From positions 1 to 41,795 of the forward strand of contig NIVC01004567.1 of assembly GCA_002269645.1 (NCBI GenBank): DNA of 41,795 nucleotides. The letters are read 5' to 3'. Both the position numbers and the translations under genes were made by a program. Positions 11,301 through 23,300 of this stretch are shown piece after piece. The DNA is from Macrostomum lignano. Lineage: Eukaryota. The notes beneath the pieces are model-generated. The model did not search any database, was not told where the DNA came from, and saw nothing but the letters and a program-made list of their open reading frames with translations. Each line of letters opens with the position of its first letter. The stretch's first letter is position 1.

Positions 11301-14300
11301 ACGCATTATTGTAACGAATTTAATTATTCGCCCTCCAGGACGCTGTCCAAGCGGCACCAGAACGACGCGGTATTTCTGCATCCGCAAGCGTTGCCCGAAA
11401 TTCTTCAGGCGCGTTGGGCAGAGCTGCGTTAGAGGTTTGATGATCTTGATGCTGACTAGATATCTTAACAATGCTGGATTAGATCTGTGCAGACAATAGT
11501 TCAAGAAATTTTCACCTGTTCCTTATGATGACCTACTTCAGCTCGCTGTCCCTCCGGCTACGTGGCCCGCTCCTACCGCACTAGAGTGTATCTCAAGCAT
11601 CGTGTTACCGGATACACCAAGAAGTGCACCTGCATTAATGGCAAATCAAGTGCCAAGCCACGGGCAAACTCCATCGATGTGGCTTTTGTAGTTGACGTGA
11701 GCGGCAGCATGGGCCGAGTCATCAGCGCCATCAAGAAAAACATTGTCAACGTCATCAACGTCAACGCTAAGTCCAGAGTGGTACGTAAAATAAAATCAGC
11801 GGAAATTCCCCCTCATCCATCAGGACAATTTGAAAATGATTAATCTTAACCTTCCACTGTGTCTCCTCAATTCAGGTGGACAAATTCATTCTCGTGCCGT
11901 TCGCGGACCCAAAAGTGGGACCAGTGACAATCAGCAGAGGTCGGTCCCGCCTGCACAAGAGCAGGCTTATCAAAGCGGTCAGGCGCATGCGAGCCAGCGG
12001 TGGCGGCGACTGTCCGGAGATGAGCCAGTCCGGCATGTACGAGGCGCTCCGGCGCGTCAAGCGAAACTCCATCGTCTACGTGTTCACTGATGCCAGTCCG
12101 TCGAGACGAGACAAACGGTTGGAAATTTCACTACTTGATTAAACAGTTATCTTTAAAATATTTGCTACAAATAAACAATCATGCAATAAACCCTTCTAGT
12201 CTAGTGCAACAAGAAAATGAAGTAAAAATAAACCATTTGAAACTCCTATTACAGACGACAGGCCGACGTGCTCCGGCTGTCGAAGAGCAAAAACGTGCAG
12301 CTCAACTTCCTGCTCACCGGTCCAATGTGCGGCAAAAGGAATTCGTACAAAAACTTGTCAAAGAAATCGAAAGGTGCCTGGATCAAAATGAAAAGGTCGA
12401 CAACGTACCGCGTTTTGCGCTTCCTCAGCAAGGCCATCCCCAAGGGCGCCACCGCTCTGAGGATGCTGAACCGGCGCGGACTATCCTCATTCATCAAAGC
12501 AAGGAAAACATGCACTTGCCACCGCATTGCCAGAATGAAGGCCCGTTACAAGTACGTCAGCTCGGTGAAATGCTTTGTCAGGCCTCGGCCAAGCACTGGC
12601 CGCTGCTCCAGAATCCTGAACCAGCGAAGGCGACTAAGACGCGCGGCCCAGCTTTACCGGCGTCGCATGCGAATTGGCAGGCGGTCAGCGCGGCGAAGAA
12701 GCGCCAGGCGATTCCGGGCAGTCAGAAAGCAACTGCGAGCGATTGCAAGAAACCTGAGACGCTGCTACAGAAGCAAAACAAGAAGTAAGACGGGCAGCTT
12801 CAAAATTTTCAAAATATAAAATTATTTAAATGCTAAGGAAAATTCAGAATTAAAAAAACTATATTTTCGTCAAAGTACTCTCTTGCAAAAGGAACTAACA
12901 AAAAGTCACTAGGATTAAGTTCTAGAGTGGAGTGTATGAGACCAGTATATTATATAATGCTGTGTCAATCTACAGAATAGTTGAAGCAAAGAGACTGATG
13001 AAGAAAACATAAAACTCGTTTCTTTTTAATAACCTTCAGATTTGTGCAGAAAGGTCAGATGCGGACGGGGTAGACGCTGTTTCGTCCGAAACATGCGCCG
13101 CCGTTTCGGATCTGTCTACCGCTACGTCAGAACCGCATCCTGCAGGCCTGTCAGGAGTAAGAATTTTTTTGTAATCCTTCTGGTTCATTCAAGTATTTTA
13201 AGGAGACAAATTCAGTCTCTGAATAACATCACTTTGTGGCAAAAACTGTTTTATAGATCTGTGCAGAAGAGTCCGGTGCAAGTCGGGTTATCGGTGCCGA
13301 GTTTCATACCAGCGCAGAATAGTGACCCGCAGGGTGACTCGATTCGTCAGAAAGTGTCCATGCCGCAAGGTCCTGGTTAAGCCATCCGCCTCCAAAAAGA
13401 AGACAGGCCTGGTCGACATGGCGTTCGTTGTAGATACCACAGGAAGCATGGGCAGAGTCATCAAAGGAATCCGGTCAAGCATCAAGCAGATTGTGGCTGC
13501 AAACAGGCGTACAGTCAGTCGCTTCGTCATCTCTGCTTTCAATGATCCAAAGGTAAGGATTAAAACACAACAAGTGAAGTATGGACTCTCCAATCCCAAT
13601 AACAGAAAATACAATGACACTTGGGATCAACGTCGTTTTTTTTCAGGTTGGTCCAATTACTGTCAGCTCAAGAGCCAGAACAATTTTTGCCGCAGTGAAC
13701 AGACTTAAACCCAGAGGAGGTGGCGACTGTCCTGAAAGGAGCATGAGCGGTATTCTTGCTGCCGCTAAGCGAGTGAAGTCCGGATCGGTCATCTACGTGT
13801 TCACGGATGCAAGCGCAAAAGACAGAGGAAGGAGGCGTCAAGTAAGCTAATGGATAAGTTATTGTGTTCAGTTTCTGATTAGTAGTCCTTGGCAACTGCA
13901 CAAAAGGTTTCCTGTTTTTAAAAAAAATGCATACTTTCCACTACTTTCAGGTTCGAGAAATTGTGAAACGGAAGTCCCTCCAAGTGATGTTCATCATCAC
14001 AGGTCGATTGTGCGGCCGAAGCTACCGCAAGGAGTACCAATATGTGTCGAGAGGCAACGGCCGGGTTATAAAAACAACAAGTGGACGCATCAAGAAGGTG
14101 CTCAGCTTCATCCAAAAAGCGGTCAAGTTAGGAAGCCGCCGACTGAGGCGCTTGAACCTCTCTCACCTGTCGAAGTTCATCCGCAAGTGCCACTGTCGCC
14201 GCGTCAAACAGAGGGTCACAAGAAGATACACTAGAACCAGGCGAGTGGCCAAGTGCACAAAGAGACCAAAGGGAGCTTGCTCATCGCGAAGATGCAGTAA

Positions 14301-17300
14301 GGGCTACAAGTGTGTGCACTATCGAGTAAAAACACGTCGAGGCAGCGGACTTAAAACACGATGTGTCAGCATCAATAGTGAGTATTTCTTCTCCAATATA
14401 ACCCTGCCTCTTCACTAAACTTTAACCTTTGCTCAAAAACTCAACAAAACTTTCTCTAGACCCATGCAAGAAAATGCGTTGTCAGAAAGGACGCAAATGC
14501 ATTGTGCGCTTCTTCGGAAGAGTCTACAAAAAAGGAAAACGGCGTGTTAAGTTGGTGCGCAAAAAAGCCGTCTGCGTCAAGCGAATATCAAGTAAGATAT
14601 ATTTAATAGGCTGAAAAACTTTGACCTGTAAGAAAAATTGCAACACTTCAACATCATCAAAAACCTGTAGACCTGTGCAGAAGAGTTCGTTGTGGAAGAT
14701 ACAGGCGCTGCATTGTCCGAAGACTGAGAAGAGGATCACGACGCATGGTAGCACGATGTGTAGGTCCAAAGCCAAAAGGTAAGCTCTAAGCAGAAAAATT
14801 GGTATTTTATATTCATCTTGAGCCAGCTAAAAACTTTTGCCCCAGTGCGATACTCCACTCACTTGGTAGGCAACGCCACTCAAAATATCAAAGACGAAAA
14901 ACATTTTAAAAACTTACAGGTAAGTGCGGCCGACGAACCTGCCGAAGGAACCAGAGGTGCGTGACACGAAGATCTAGCAGGCGAATCCGAAGCCTCAGAA
15001 GAAGCATCAACAAACTGCGACGAGCTCACAGGAGCAGGACTGTCGCCGAGAGACGACGACATGCAGCCTCCATCCGAAAGAGCCGAACACCAGCTCGCTA
15101 CCGCCGTAAGCAATACTACTGAAACTGCTTTTTTGGCAACATGTAACAACGCTAGCGAATATAAATGCATTTCGTGTTCAGTATTTCGTTTTGGTTGTTT
15201 ATATCACGCTTTCACTTTGCATACTTCTCCGCTTCAGGAGTGCGAGTGAAGCACGCTTGCGAGGGCAAATCTCTGACCATCAGATGTCCATCCAGATACG
15301 TCATCCGGGTGCTGCGCGGATTCTATGGCAGAACATCTAACAAATACTGCGCTCGAGGACCCCGCAAGACATACAAGTGCAGCAGCGGCCGAGCCAACAA
15401 AGTCATCGCTTCCAAGTGCAACAACCGGCGAGCATGCAGGGTGCGAAGCAACAACGCCGTCTTCGGAGATCCTTGCCGCGGAACATACAAGTACATGACC
15501 GTGAGGTACAGATGCCAGCTGGCTTCATCGGTTGTGTCTAGCTACGCGAAGCGCAGAGCTCGACTTGCACGACTGCACAAGAGACGATTGAACGCTCTTC
15601 GATCGAGGCACAGGCGCAGAGTCGCTCGACTGATCCGACTGCTGAGACGAGCTAGACGAGGATCGAAGAGATGCGTCCGAAGGAGACGACCTTCCAGAGG
15701 TTAGTCGGCTATTCGGTCGACCGTTTATTTAAAGCAAAACAAATGCAGAAATTATTGATGCCCCACCTAGTAAATTGCTTCCTCAAATATCTAGTGAGAC
15801 TTTGAGCTACGGATTTTAGAGTTGAAGCACTTTCACCGAAGTTCATACGTTGCTCCTCACCGAATCACAACATACTTAGGCAAGAAATGCGGCCGACGAA
15901 CCTGCCGAAGGAACCAGAGGTGCGTGACACGAAGATCTAGCAGGCGAATCCGAAGCCTCAGAAGAAGCATCAACAAACTGCGACGAGCTCACAGGAGCAG
16001 GACTGTCGCCGAGAGACGACGACATGCAGCCTCCATCCGAAAGAGCCGAACACCAGCTCGCTACCGCCGTAAGCAATACTACTGAAACTGCTTTTTTGGC
16101 AACATGTAACAACGCTAGCGAATATAAATGCATTTCGTGTTCAGTATTTCGTTTTGGTTGTTTATATCACGCTTTCACTTTGCATACTTCTCCGCTTCAG
16201 GAGTGCGAGTGAAGCACGCTTGCGAGGGCAAATCTCTGACCATCAGATGTCCATCCAGATACGTCATCCGGGTGCTGCGCGGATTCTATGGCAGAACATC
16301 TAACAAATACTGCGCTCGAGGACCCCGCAAGACATACAAGTGCAGCAGCGGCCGAGCCAACAAAGTCATCGCTTCCAAGTGCAACAACCGGCGAGCATGC
16401 AGGGTGCGAAGCAACAACGCCGTCTTCGGAGATCCTTGCCGCGGAACATACAAGTACATGACCGTGAGGTACAGATGCCAGCTGGCTTCATCGGTTGTGT
16501 CTAGCTACGCGAAGCGCAGAGCTCGACTTGCACGACTGCACAAGAGACGATTGAACGCTCTTCGATCGAGGCACAGGCGCAGAGTCGCTCGACTGATCCG
16601 ACTGCTGAGACGAGCTAGACGAGGATCGAAGAGATGCGTCCGAAGGAGACGACCTTCCAGAGGTTAGTCGGCTATTCGGTCGACCGTTTATTTAAAGCAA
16701 AACAAATGCAGAAATTATTGATGCCCCACCTAGTAAATTGCTTCCTCAAATATCTAGTGAGACTTTGAGCTACGGATTTTAGAGTTGAAGCACTTTCACC
16801 GAAGTTCATACGTTGCTCCTCACCGAATCACAACATACTCAGGCAAGAAATGCGGCCGACGAACCTGCCGAAGGAACCAGAGGTGCGTGACACGAAGATC
16901 TAGCAGGCGAATCCGAAGCCTCAGAAGAAGCATCAACAAACTGCGACGAGCTCACAGGAGCAGGACTGTCGCCGAGAGACGACGACATGCAGCCTCCATC
17001 CGAAAGAGCCGAACACCAGCTCGCTACCGCCGTAAGCAATACTACTGAAACTGCTTTTTTGGCAACATGTAACAACGCTAGCGAATATAAATGCATTTCG
17101 TGTTCAGTATTTCGTTTTGGTTGTTTATATCACGCTTTCACTTTGCATACTTCTCCGCTTCAGGAGTGCGAGTGAAGCACGCTTGCGAGGGCAAATCTCT
17201 GACCATCAGATGTCCATCCAGATACGTCATCCGGGTGCTGCGCGGATTCTATGGCAGAACATCTAACAAATACTGCGCTCGAGGACCCCGCAAGACATAC

Positions 17301-20300
17301 AAGTGCAGCAGCGGCCGAGCCAACAAAGTCATCGCTTCCAAGTGCAACAACCGGCGAGCATGCAGGGTGCGAAGCAACAACGCCGTCTTCGGAGATCCTT
17401 GCCGCGGAACATACAAGTACATGACCGTGAGGTACAGATGCCAGCTGGCTTCATCGGTTGTGTCTAGCTACGCGAAGCGCAGAGCTCGACTTGCACGACT
17501 GCACAAGAGACGATTGAACGCTCTTCGATCGAGGCACAGGCGCAGAGTCGCTCGACTGATCCGACTGCTGAGACGAGCTAGACGAGGATCGAAGAGATGC
17601 GTCCGAAGGAGACGACCTTCCAGAGGTTAGTCGGCTATTCGGTCGACCGTTTATTTAAAGCAAAACAAATGCAGAAATTATTGATGCCCCACCTAGTAAA
17701 TTGCTTCCTCAAATATCTAGTGAGACTTTGAGCTACGGATTTTAGAGTTGAAGCACTTTCACCGAAGTTCATACGTTGCTCCTCACCGAATCACAACATA
17801 CTCAGGCAAGAAATGCGGCCGACGAACCTGCCGAAGGAACCAGAGGTGCGTGACACGAAGATCTAGCAGGCGAATCCGAAGCCTCAGAAGAAGCATCAAC
17901 AAACTGCGACGAGCTCACAGGAGCAGGACTGTCGCCGAGAGACGACGACATGCAGCCTCCATCCGAAAGAGCCGAACACCAGCTCGCTACCGCCGTAAGC
18001 AATACTACTGAAACTGCTTTTTTGGCAACATGTAACAACGCTAGCGAATATAAATGCATTTCGTGTTCAGTATTTCGTTTTGGTTGTTTATATCACGCTT
18101 TCACTTTGCATACTTCTCCGCTTCAGGAGTGCGAGTGAAGCACGCTTGCGAGGGCAAATCTCTGACCATCAGATGTCCATCCAGATACGTCATCCGGGTG
18201 CTGCGCGGATTCTATGGCAGAACATCTAACAAATACTGCGCTCGAGGACCCCGCAAGACATACAAGTGCAGCAGCGGCCGAGCCAACAAAGTCATCGCTT
18301 CCAAGTGCAACAACCGGCGAGCATGCAGGGTGCGAAGCAACAACGCCGTCTTCGGAGATCCTTGCCGCGGAACATACAAGTACATGACCGTGAGGTACAG
18401 ATGCCAGCTGGCTTCATCGGTTGTGTCTAGCTACGCGAAGCGCAGAGCTCGACTTGCACGACTGCACAAGAGACGATTGAACGCTCTTCGATCGAGGCAC
18501 AGGCGCAGAGTCGCTCGACTGATCCGACTGCTGAGACGAGCTAGACGAGGATCGAAGAGATGCGTCCGAAGGAGACGACCTTCCAGAGGTTAGTCGGCTA
18601 TAATTGTCTTGTTTTTATTAATTTTTGTAGATTTGTAAAAACCTTTTTCTAATTTCTTTTTTTTGGTTTATATTGTTATTGAAAATACCTGCACCCGATT
18701 TTTAGGTTTGTGTGCTAAAAAACGGTGCTCCAAAGGCAAGCGTTGCATTGTGAAACGAACTATCACAAAAGCGGGCCGTAAATTTCACTCAGAGAGACGT
18801 AGAATGACCAAAGGATATCGCAAGCAGATTCGAGCTCTGAAACTAAGGTTTGTAAGAAGTCGGCGATCTGCAAAGTTGTCTTACGGACGGGCATCAGCTG
18901 CTTTTAAGAAGGCTATTCGGAAAGCATCTAAGGCGAAGAAAGCTGCCTCTGTTAAGAGCTTGAGAAGATCCTGGAGACTTCGCAGAAGATCTTACGTTTT
19001 GAAGCTTCGTAAAGAAAGAAGAAAGTTCTTGAAGGCTAGAAGAAGTCTCAGCCTGCGTTTTAGGCGTAGCCTATCAAGCCATTCTCGAAAGAATCGAAGA
19101 ACTAAGACTGCTGTACGAGCTGCTGTTTGTGTAGTGAATCAATGTTCAAAAGTCAAGTGCAAGTCGGGATTCTCTTGCAGGCATGTGAGGCGGTTTACAA
19201 AGAAGTTTAGCGCATTCCTTCGTCAGAAACGAGCTTTGACAAAGTCTTACTTTGCCAGTCACAAGAAGATCACGTTGGCTTACCGAAGAAGAAGTCGCCA
19301 AGCTGCAAGAAACTTCCGCAAGTATGCCGCAACTTATCGCTCGAGCTTCAAGCGAGCAAAATCTGGCAGTGCGAAGAAACGTCTCAGAGTTGCGTTCCGT
19401 CGTCGAGTAAGAAGCTTCAGAAGAAGTAGGCGCGCAGCTTTCAAGCAGTATCGTCGCTCAGTACGACTGGCTAGGCGCCGCTTGGCTCAAAGGCTTAGAT
19501 CACTGCGTAAGAAGCAAGGCAAGGGAGTTTTCAAGAACCGCGTTAGGACTGTGGCTCGATGCATCAAAAAGGCGACGAGTGAGTGCTTTGTTTTTTTTAA
19601 CTGCGACAGATATTTTAGTTACACTACTGCAATATACCTGCATTTCTTTTCGCCCACCTTTGCATATCTAGGATCCTGTCGAAAAGTTCGATGCTCAGCT
19701 GGAAAGCGCTGCGTGGTTAAAAAAGTTCCAACTTGGTGGTACAGGCTTTACCGCATCAGTGTGAAGAGGGCCTACAGACGGTTCCACACCCGGCTACGCC
19801 GCACTGTGCAAAAACTCCGACACCGACACAGAGTGCACCGTAGATTTTTGGCACGGAGAAGCAGAAGAGCAGGAAAATCATTTTCTTTCTGGCTAAGACA
19901 CGCTTTGAGACGCATTCGCAGATCCCGGCGCTCTCGAGTCCGTCGTGTTCGCAGGTCAAGGCGTAACCTGAAAAGATTTGTTAGAAAATTGCGACGAGCT
20001 CGCTCTCGACTGTGGGGAAGGTTCAGAAGAGCTGCAAGGCGCTATGGAAGGCGATTCAAAAAGCTTTTTAGAAAATTCTCTCGACGAAAGGGACGGCGTG
20101 GACGTTCTTCTCGTAGACGACGCGTTCCAAAATCAGTTGTTCGCCGATTCAGAAGGAATCAGAAGAAGTACGCCAGACGCGTCTTCTCATTGAAAAGCTG
20201 GTTCGGAAGAAAAGCGAGAATTTTCAAGGCTCTGTATTACAAGTCTAAAAAGGCGACCAAAGCAGCAAAGAAATCGATCAGGAAAAAGATGCGCTCTTTG

Positions 20301-23300
20301 TATAGAAGAATTTCCAGGGTTTATCGAAGAAGACTGAAACGAGCTGTGGTTTCGTACTACAAGAAAAAGAGCATCCTTGCAACCTCTCTACAAAGAAGGC
20401 TTCGAATGTTGCGCAAGCGACTTGGCAGACGCAAGGGACGGCGATTTATTCGTCGGGCCATGTGCGTTGCCAAAAATCCTTGCAGAAGAAAGCGCTGTAG
20501 ACGGGGATACAGGTGCAGAGTGCGCAGAGTCAAGTCAAAGAGGGGTCGAAAAATCACTGTTGGACGCTGCGTCAGAAAGTCTAGTAAGTAATCGTTATGT
20601 TAATTCAATAAATAGCAATATTTGCTATTCCTTCTGCCCATAAGCTCGTATTATTTCCGAATGAGGCAAACAGTGCATGATATTTTTTTAATTTCAGATC
20701 CATGCAGCAGAAAGAAGTGCGGAAAGAACCGTCGCTGTGTGGTGAGAAGGATCCCAACTCGAGCCTTCCGGCTGTACCGCTTCTATCTAAGAGTCAGTAG
20801 GAAACGTTTCCGTCTTCGAATGCATGGCATACGCAGGAGGCTTGGCCGTAGGCGTCGACGTCTGGCGGCCCGCGCTATCCGTCGAAACCGACGCTTGAGA
20901 CGATCAGCCGCTCGGCGATTCCGAGGCCGACGACGGGCAAGACGCTTCCGAAGTTTGAGACGGTCACTGAAGCGCACTCTTCGAAGGCATCGCCGTCGTT
21001 CGACCCGGTCGTACCGACGAATTCGCAATAAGCTAAGACGGCGTCTGAGACGCGCCACAAGGCGACAATACAGACGACTCATGCGAAACAAACGGCGCTA
21101 CATTACCCGCGCCGTTTGTGCACCAAAGAGAGCAAGTGAGTCACATAATTTCATTTTTTCTCACATGCGGTTTCTTGCACTTAGAGACGCGAGAGAGATA
21201 TATTATTTTCCGATCAAATTCATTCAGATCCATGCAGTAAGAAGCGCTGCCCAAGTGGATCCAGGTGCGTCGTGCGCAGAAGAGTTCCAAGGCTGTACAG
21301 GCGCTTCAGAAAAATCGTAAAGCGTCGCTATAGAAGATACGCTATTGCAAGGCGCCGGCTCTCCAAACTTAGTCGCAGAAGACGAGCGGCAACTGCTAGA
21401 AAGTTGAAGCGTTCCCTGAAAAGAAAATTGAGAAAGATCTGGAAAACCTTTAAAAGACGCGGAGCCTTTAAACGAAGTGGGCGTTTGGTAGCTCGCTGTT
21501 ATAAGCCAGGAAGTAAGTTGACAAAGGCCCGAGATATTCGCTTGCGGCTTGCGCATCGCTAACTTATGCTGTCTCTGAATTTTAGAGTTTTGCCCGAGCG
21601 GATACCGTCGCCGGGGACGAACTTGCGTCGGCTACTATCGGGTGTGCCCGCGAACTTTCACTATGATTAGGAACAAGCGCGGAGGGCGGTGCATCAGTAA
21701 GCCAATTTTATTGTATAACGACTAGGAAAGCTTTCTCAAAGACTTTCCAGCGATTATCATAGATTATTAACTATTGCTCTCAAAAAAAATATTGCAGAGT
21801 TCAACAAGATTTGCAAGTCCGGCAAATTTTTGTTCAATAACCGCTGTTGGCGAAAATGCCCTCGTGGCACCAGACGCTCATCAAGACGGTCCTGCAAGCG
21901 TAAGTTAAAAAGGGGCGTTGTCTAGTTTTTTTGTGATTCTTTACTTATTGGTAAAGCAGAATATCAATACTCAACCTGGCATTGCGTAATACGGTTTTAG
22001 TTGTCAAGTCATGTCCTGCATTCATGCTCAGTAGACGATGCGTCAAGAGATGTCCAAGAAGATTCGTCGCGGTGGGTCGTCGATGCAGGCGTAAGTTTAG
22101 AAGTCTGAAAACAATCCTATGCTTTACTGCCTTTTGAACCGATTTCACAACTAGCCAAAATGTTTTTTACAGGATGCCCACGAAACTCTTTCCGACGAGG
22201 AAACAACTGCTACCGTGAGTAAATTCATTGTTAAAAACCAAATCTTGACTACTGACTCGTACAACAGAAATTTTTTGCTTACCGCGTTGCTTTCGGTTGG
22301 TGTATTACAGGCCGCAGAATTTACTGCCGCTCTGGATTTTCTTACCGAGGAAGATGCAGAAGTAGATGCCCGGCCCGCACTTATGCAAGAGGACGAAGAT
22401 GCATCCGTAAGTATTGCGCAAGAGAGCAAGCAGTCCAATGTCTGTGCAAAAACAAAAAAATCATTCAACCATCCAGTACAATAGTGGATTAATGCAATCA
22501 GCTACGACAAATTTTAGGAGCTCGCTGTCCACGCGGATCAAAGGCCAGACTCAGCATCCGAAGGGGCAAAATCGTTTGCATAAGTATGAACTATTTGATT
22601 TTTATATGCGGTTTAGAAGCGGGCTGCTTTTTAAATACGAACTCATTCTCATCTTCTGCATTTCCCTTTGCAGGAAAGCGCGGTTGCAAGCGTGGCCTGG
22701 TTTACTACTCTGGCTCTTGCCGATCGAAGTGCCCCAGTGGAACCGTCGACGACGCTGGTACTGCCTGAAGATCTGCAAGAAGGGCTTCATGAGAGTGGGA
22801 TTCCGCAGACAGAGATGCATCCGGGCATACTGCTACAACAAGTTCCGCATTGGCCGGTCCTGTGTGAGAAAGTGCCCAGTCGGCTACATTGGAATTCGAC
22901 GAAAGTGCCGAAGAGTTTCCATCTCGTGTCCCAAGGCCTACGTTAGGCTTGGCCGCGCGCTCTGCCTCAGAAATTGTCCAGCCGGTTTCACCAAGAGGGG
23001 CAAACAATGCGCGTACTCCGCCTGCCGCAAGGGAACATACAGGTACCGAGGCACCTGCATGAAGGGCTGTCCAGCTGGAACAAAGCGACGAGGATCGTAC
23101 TGTTTCAGTAAGTTATTTGCCTGTTCAATGTAGCATGATTTAACCCTTTCAACGTCATAAAAGTTATTCCACACATCTAAAATTTTAGAGAGAAGCAAAT
23201 GCCGCTTTGGTCGCTTCGCCTACGGAAAGCGATGCCTGGTGAGGTGCCCGCCTGGTCACTATCGAAGCTTTGCTAGACGATCGTGTGTCAGTGAGTATTT

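Noticed and set aside
10398-19671. Two stop-free introns of length divisible by three (10398-10475 and 19579-19671) read through by the ORF track
   Set aside because: They have canonical donors and acceptors, AT-rich composition and non-basic translations unlike the flanking exons. In-frame retention is possible but unsupported, and 2 of 45 is plausible by chance.
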